From NCBI RefSeq assembly GCF_006345805.1, contig NC_043014.1, forward strand, positions 35,526,001 to 35,590,000: a stretch of 64,000 nt of DNA, written 5' to 3'. The stretch's first letter is position 1; each line of letters opens with the position of its first letter. Shown piece after piece: positions 62,716-64,000 of this stretch. The DNA comes from Octopus sinensis. Taxonomy: Eukaryota. The notes under the pieces were generated by a model, which was not told the DNA's origin, did no database searches, and saw only the letters and a list, made by a program, of their open reading frames with translations. Made by a program: the position numbers and the translations under genes.

Positions 62716-64000
62716 CATGGCAGTGAGGCAGAGCTGGCAGAATTTTTAGCAGCATTTTGTCTATGGCACTGATCTTTCAGTTATGCATACAATGTACAAT
62801 TGAAGTATTAGTAGTCTTAGTGTTAATTGCAGGCTTATCACTTGCTGAATCCTTGGTTGTCGAGATGATTGATACTTACCATTTGCGATGTCTTCTTTGC
62901 ATAGTGACAGATAAAAATAAAAACATTGTATTTTTTTGTTTTTAAGTTGCATTTTTTATTTGTTCGTAATGATGGTCGTATGTGATAAATTATAACTGAA
63001 CAGTAATGTAGATTTACAATCTATAAATAGATTCCTTTTACGGATATAGAAGTGAAAAAAAAATGGAATGAAACGGAAATGATAAATATGAGGGCCCAGA
63101 TTCGTTTCAAACTCATACATGCTTTCTTGATACTTGAGCTATAATTAATTTTATATCATGCATCCGGAACTGTCGTGACCTTGCTAACGAGGATCAAGTT
63201 AGCTTATTAAAAACACCTTATGCAAATATTTTTCACCTTAAAATATGTCTATTACAAGTTTGAATTAATTAAGATTTCAGTGTTGTCAACCATTTACATA
63301 TTTTGAGATACGGAGTTGTCTCCTTTTTCTGCCTTGAGCAGTTTCAGGCATTGTTCCAATGTTTATTTCTCCTCAGTGTTGAAAAACAGCTTGATTATAT
63401 ACAGTTCTCTTGCTCGACAAATTATTTGTGATAACGCTAACATAGATCCTAAGCACTTTCTTTGGAATCTCGTCAACATCAAAAGGGCAACTGTGTATGT
63501 ATGTGTGTATATGTGCAAGTATTTGGAGTTAGTCCAAGAGTAGATCTGTATGTTTTGTTTTATTTTGGTGTACTCCTACATATAGTTGCATGTCTAGACG
63601 TGTGCATACGTACTTATATGCGAAACCTTTGGAAACTTTTACATATTCTGACAGATAACTACAAGAAAAATGCATTTTATAGTTACAGTTTCTTTTATAA
63701 CTTCCGCTAAAAAGAGTCGGTTTAAGTTTTACGGAATTATTTGGTTTTGTCGTGTCTTTGCATGATCAACAGAAGTTTCAGACGAAAATGACTGCGGTCT
63801 TGAAAAAAAAAGGTTCCTTCAGTCAATACATCTGGAGATTAACCAGTTTTTCAAGAGGACACATAGTTGTAGTTTTAAAGTCAGTGATAGTTTCCATCGT
63901 AATTTCGATCTCTAGTCTCCTACGTCAAATATGCGACTTGTCGCTTTGTGTGTAATTTCAGTTGCACCATACATCACACGTTTTAATATGGAAACATTCC

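Noticed and set aside
63330-63490. Minus TRFQRKCLGSML resembling an RTE 3' motif
   Set aside because: A single short motif, too decayed to annotate.

Overview
AT-rich, repeat-saturated animal genomic DNA. By inference from the microsatellite density and the SINE families, it is most likely octopus. I found no intact host protein-coding gene. Nearly all ORFs in the supplied track are translations of (TA)n, (TG)n, (TACA)n, (TATC)n, (GAA)n or (GAT/GGT/AAT)n arrays. The recognisable coding remnants are all transposon-derived: a long decayed R4/Dong-type LINE plus a second fragment, four RTE LINE pieces (one ending in three C2H2 zinc fingers), two CR1-type pieces, two Penelope-like GIY-YIG loci, four mariner derivatives and one Tc1. 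There are also pogo/Tigger-type MITEs, a Helitron-type element and more than 20 tRNA-derived SINE copies. One weak candidate host first exon (ATG|GTAAGT, minus strand) lies at the left edge. The most notable structures are: a SINE/CR1 shared 3' stem-loop with a compensatory base pair; the triple-ZF RTE tail; several fold-back structures sitting in (TA)n arrays; a 290-bp inverted-repeat pair bracketing 2.2 kb; and a ~970-bp tandem duplication. Family assignments come from motif recognition by eye, not database searches, and many element boundaries are approximate.
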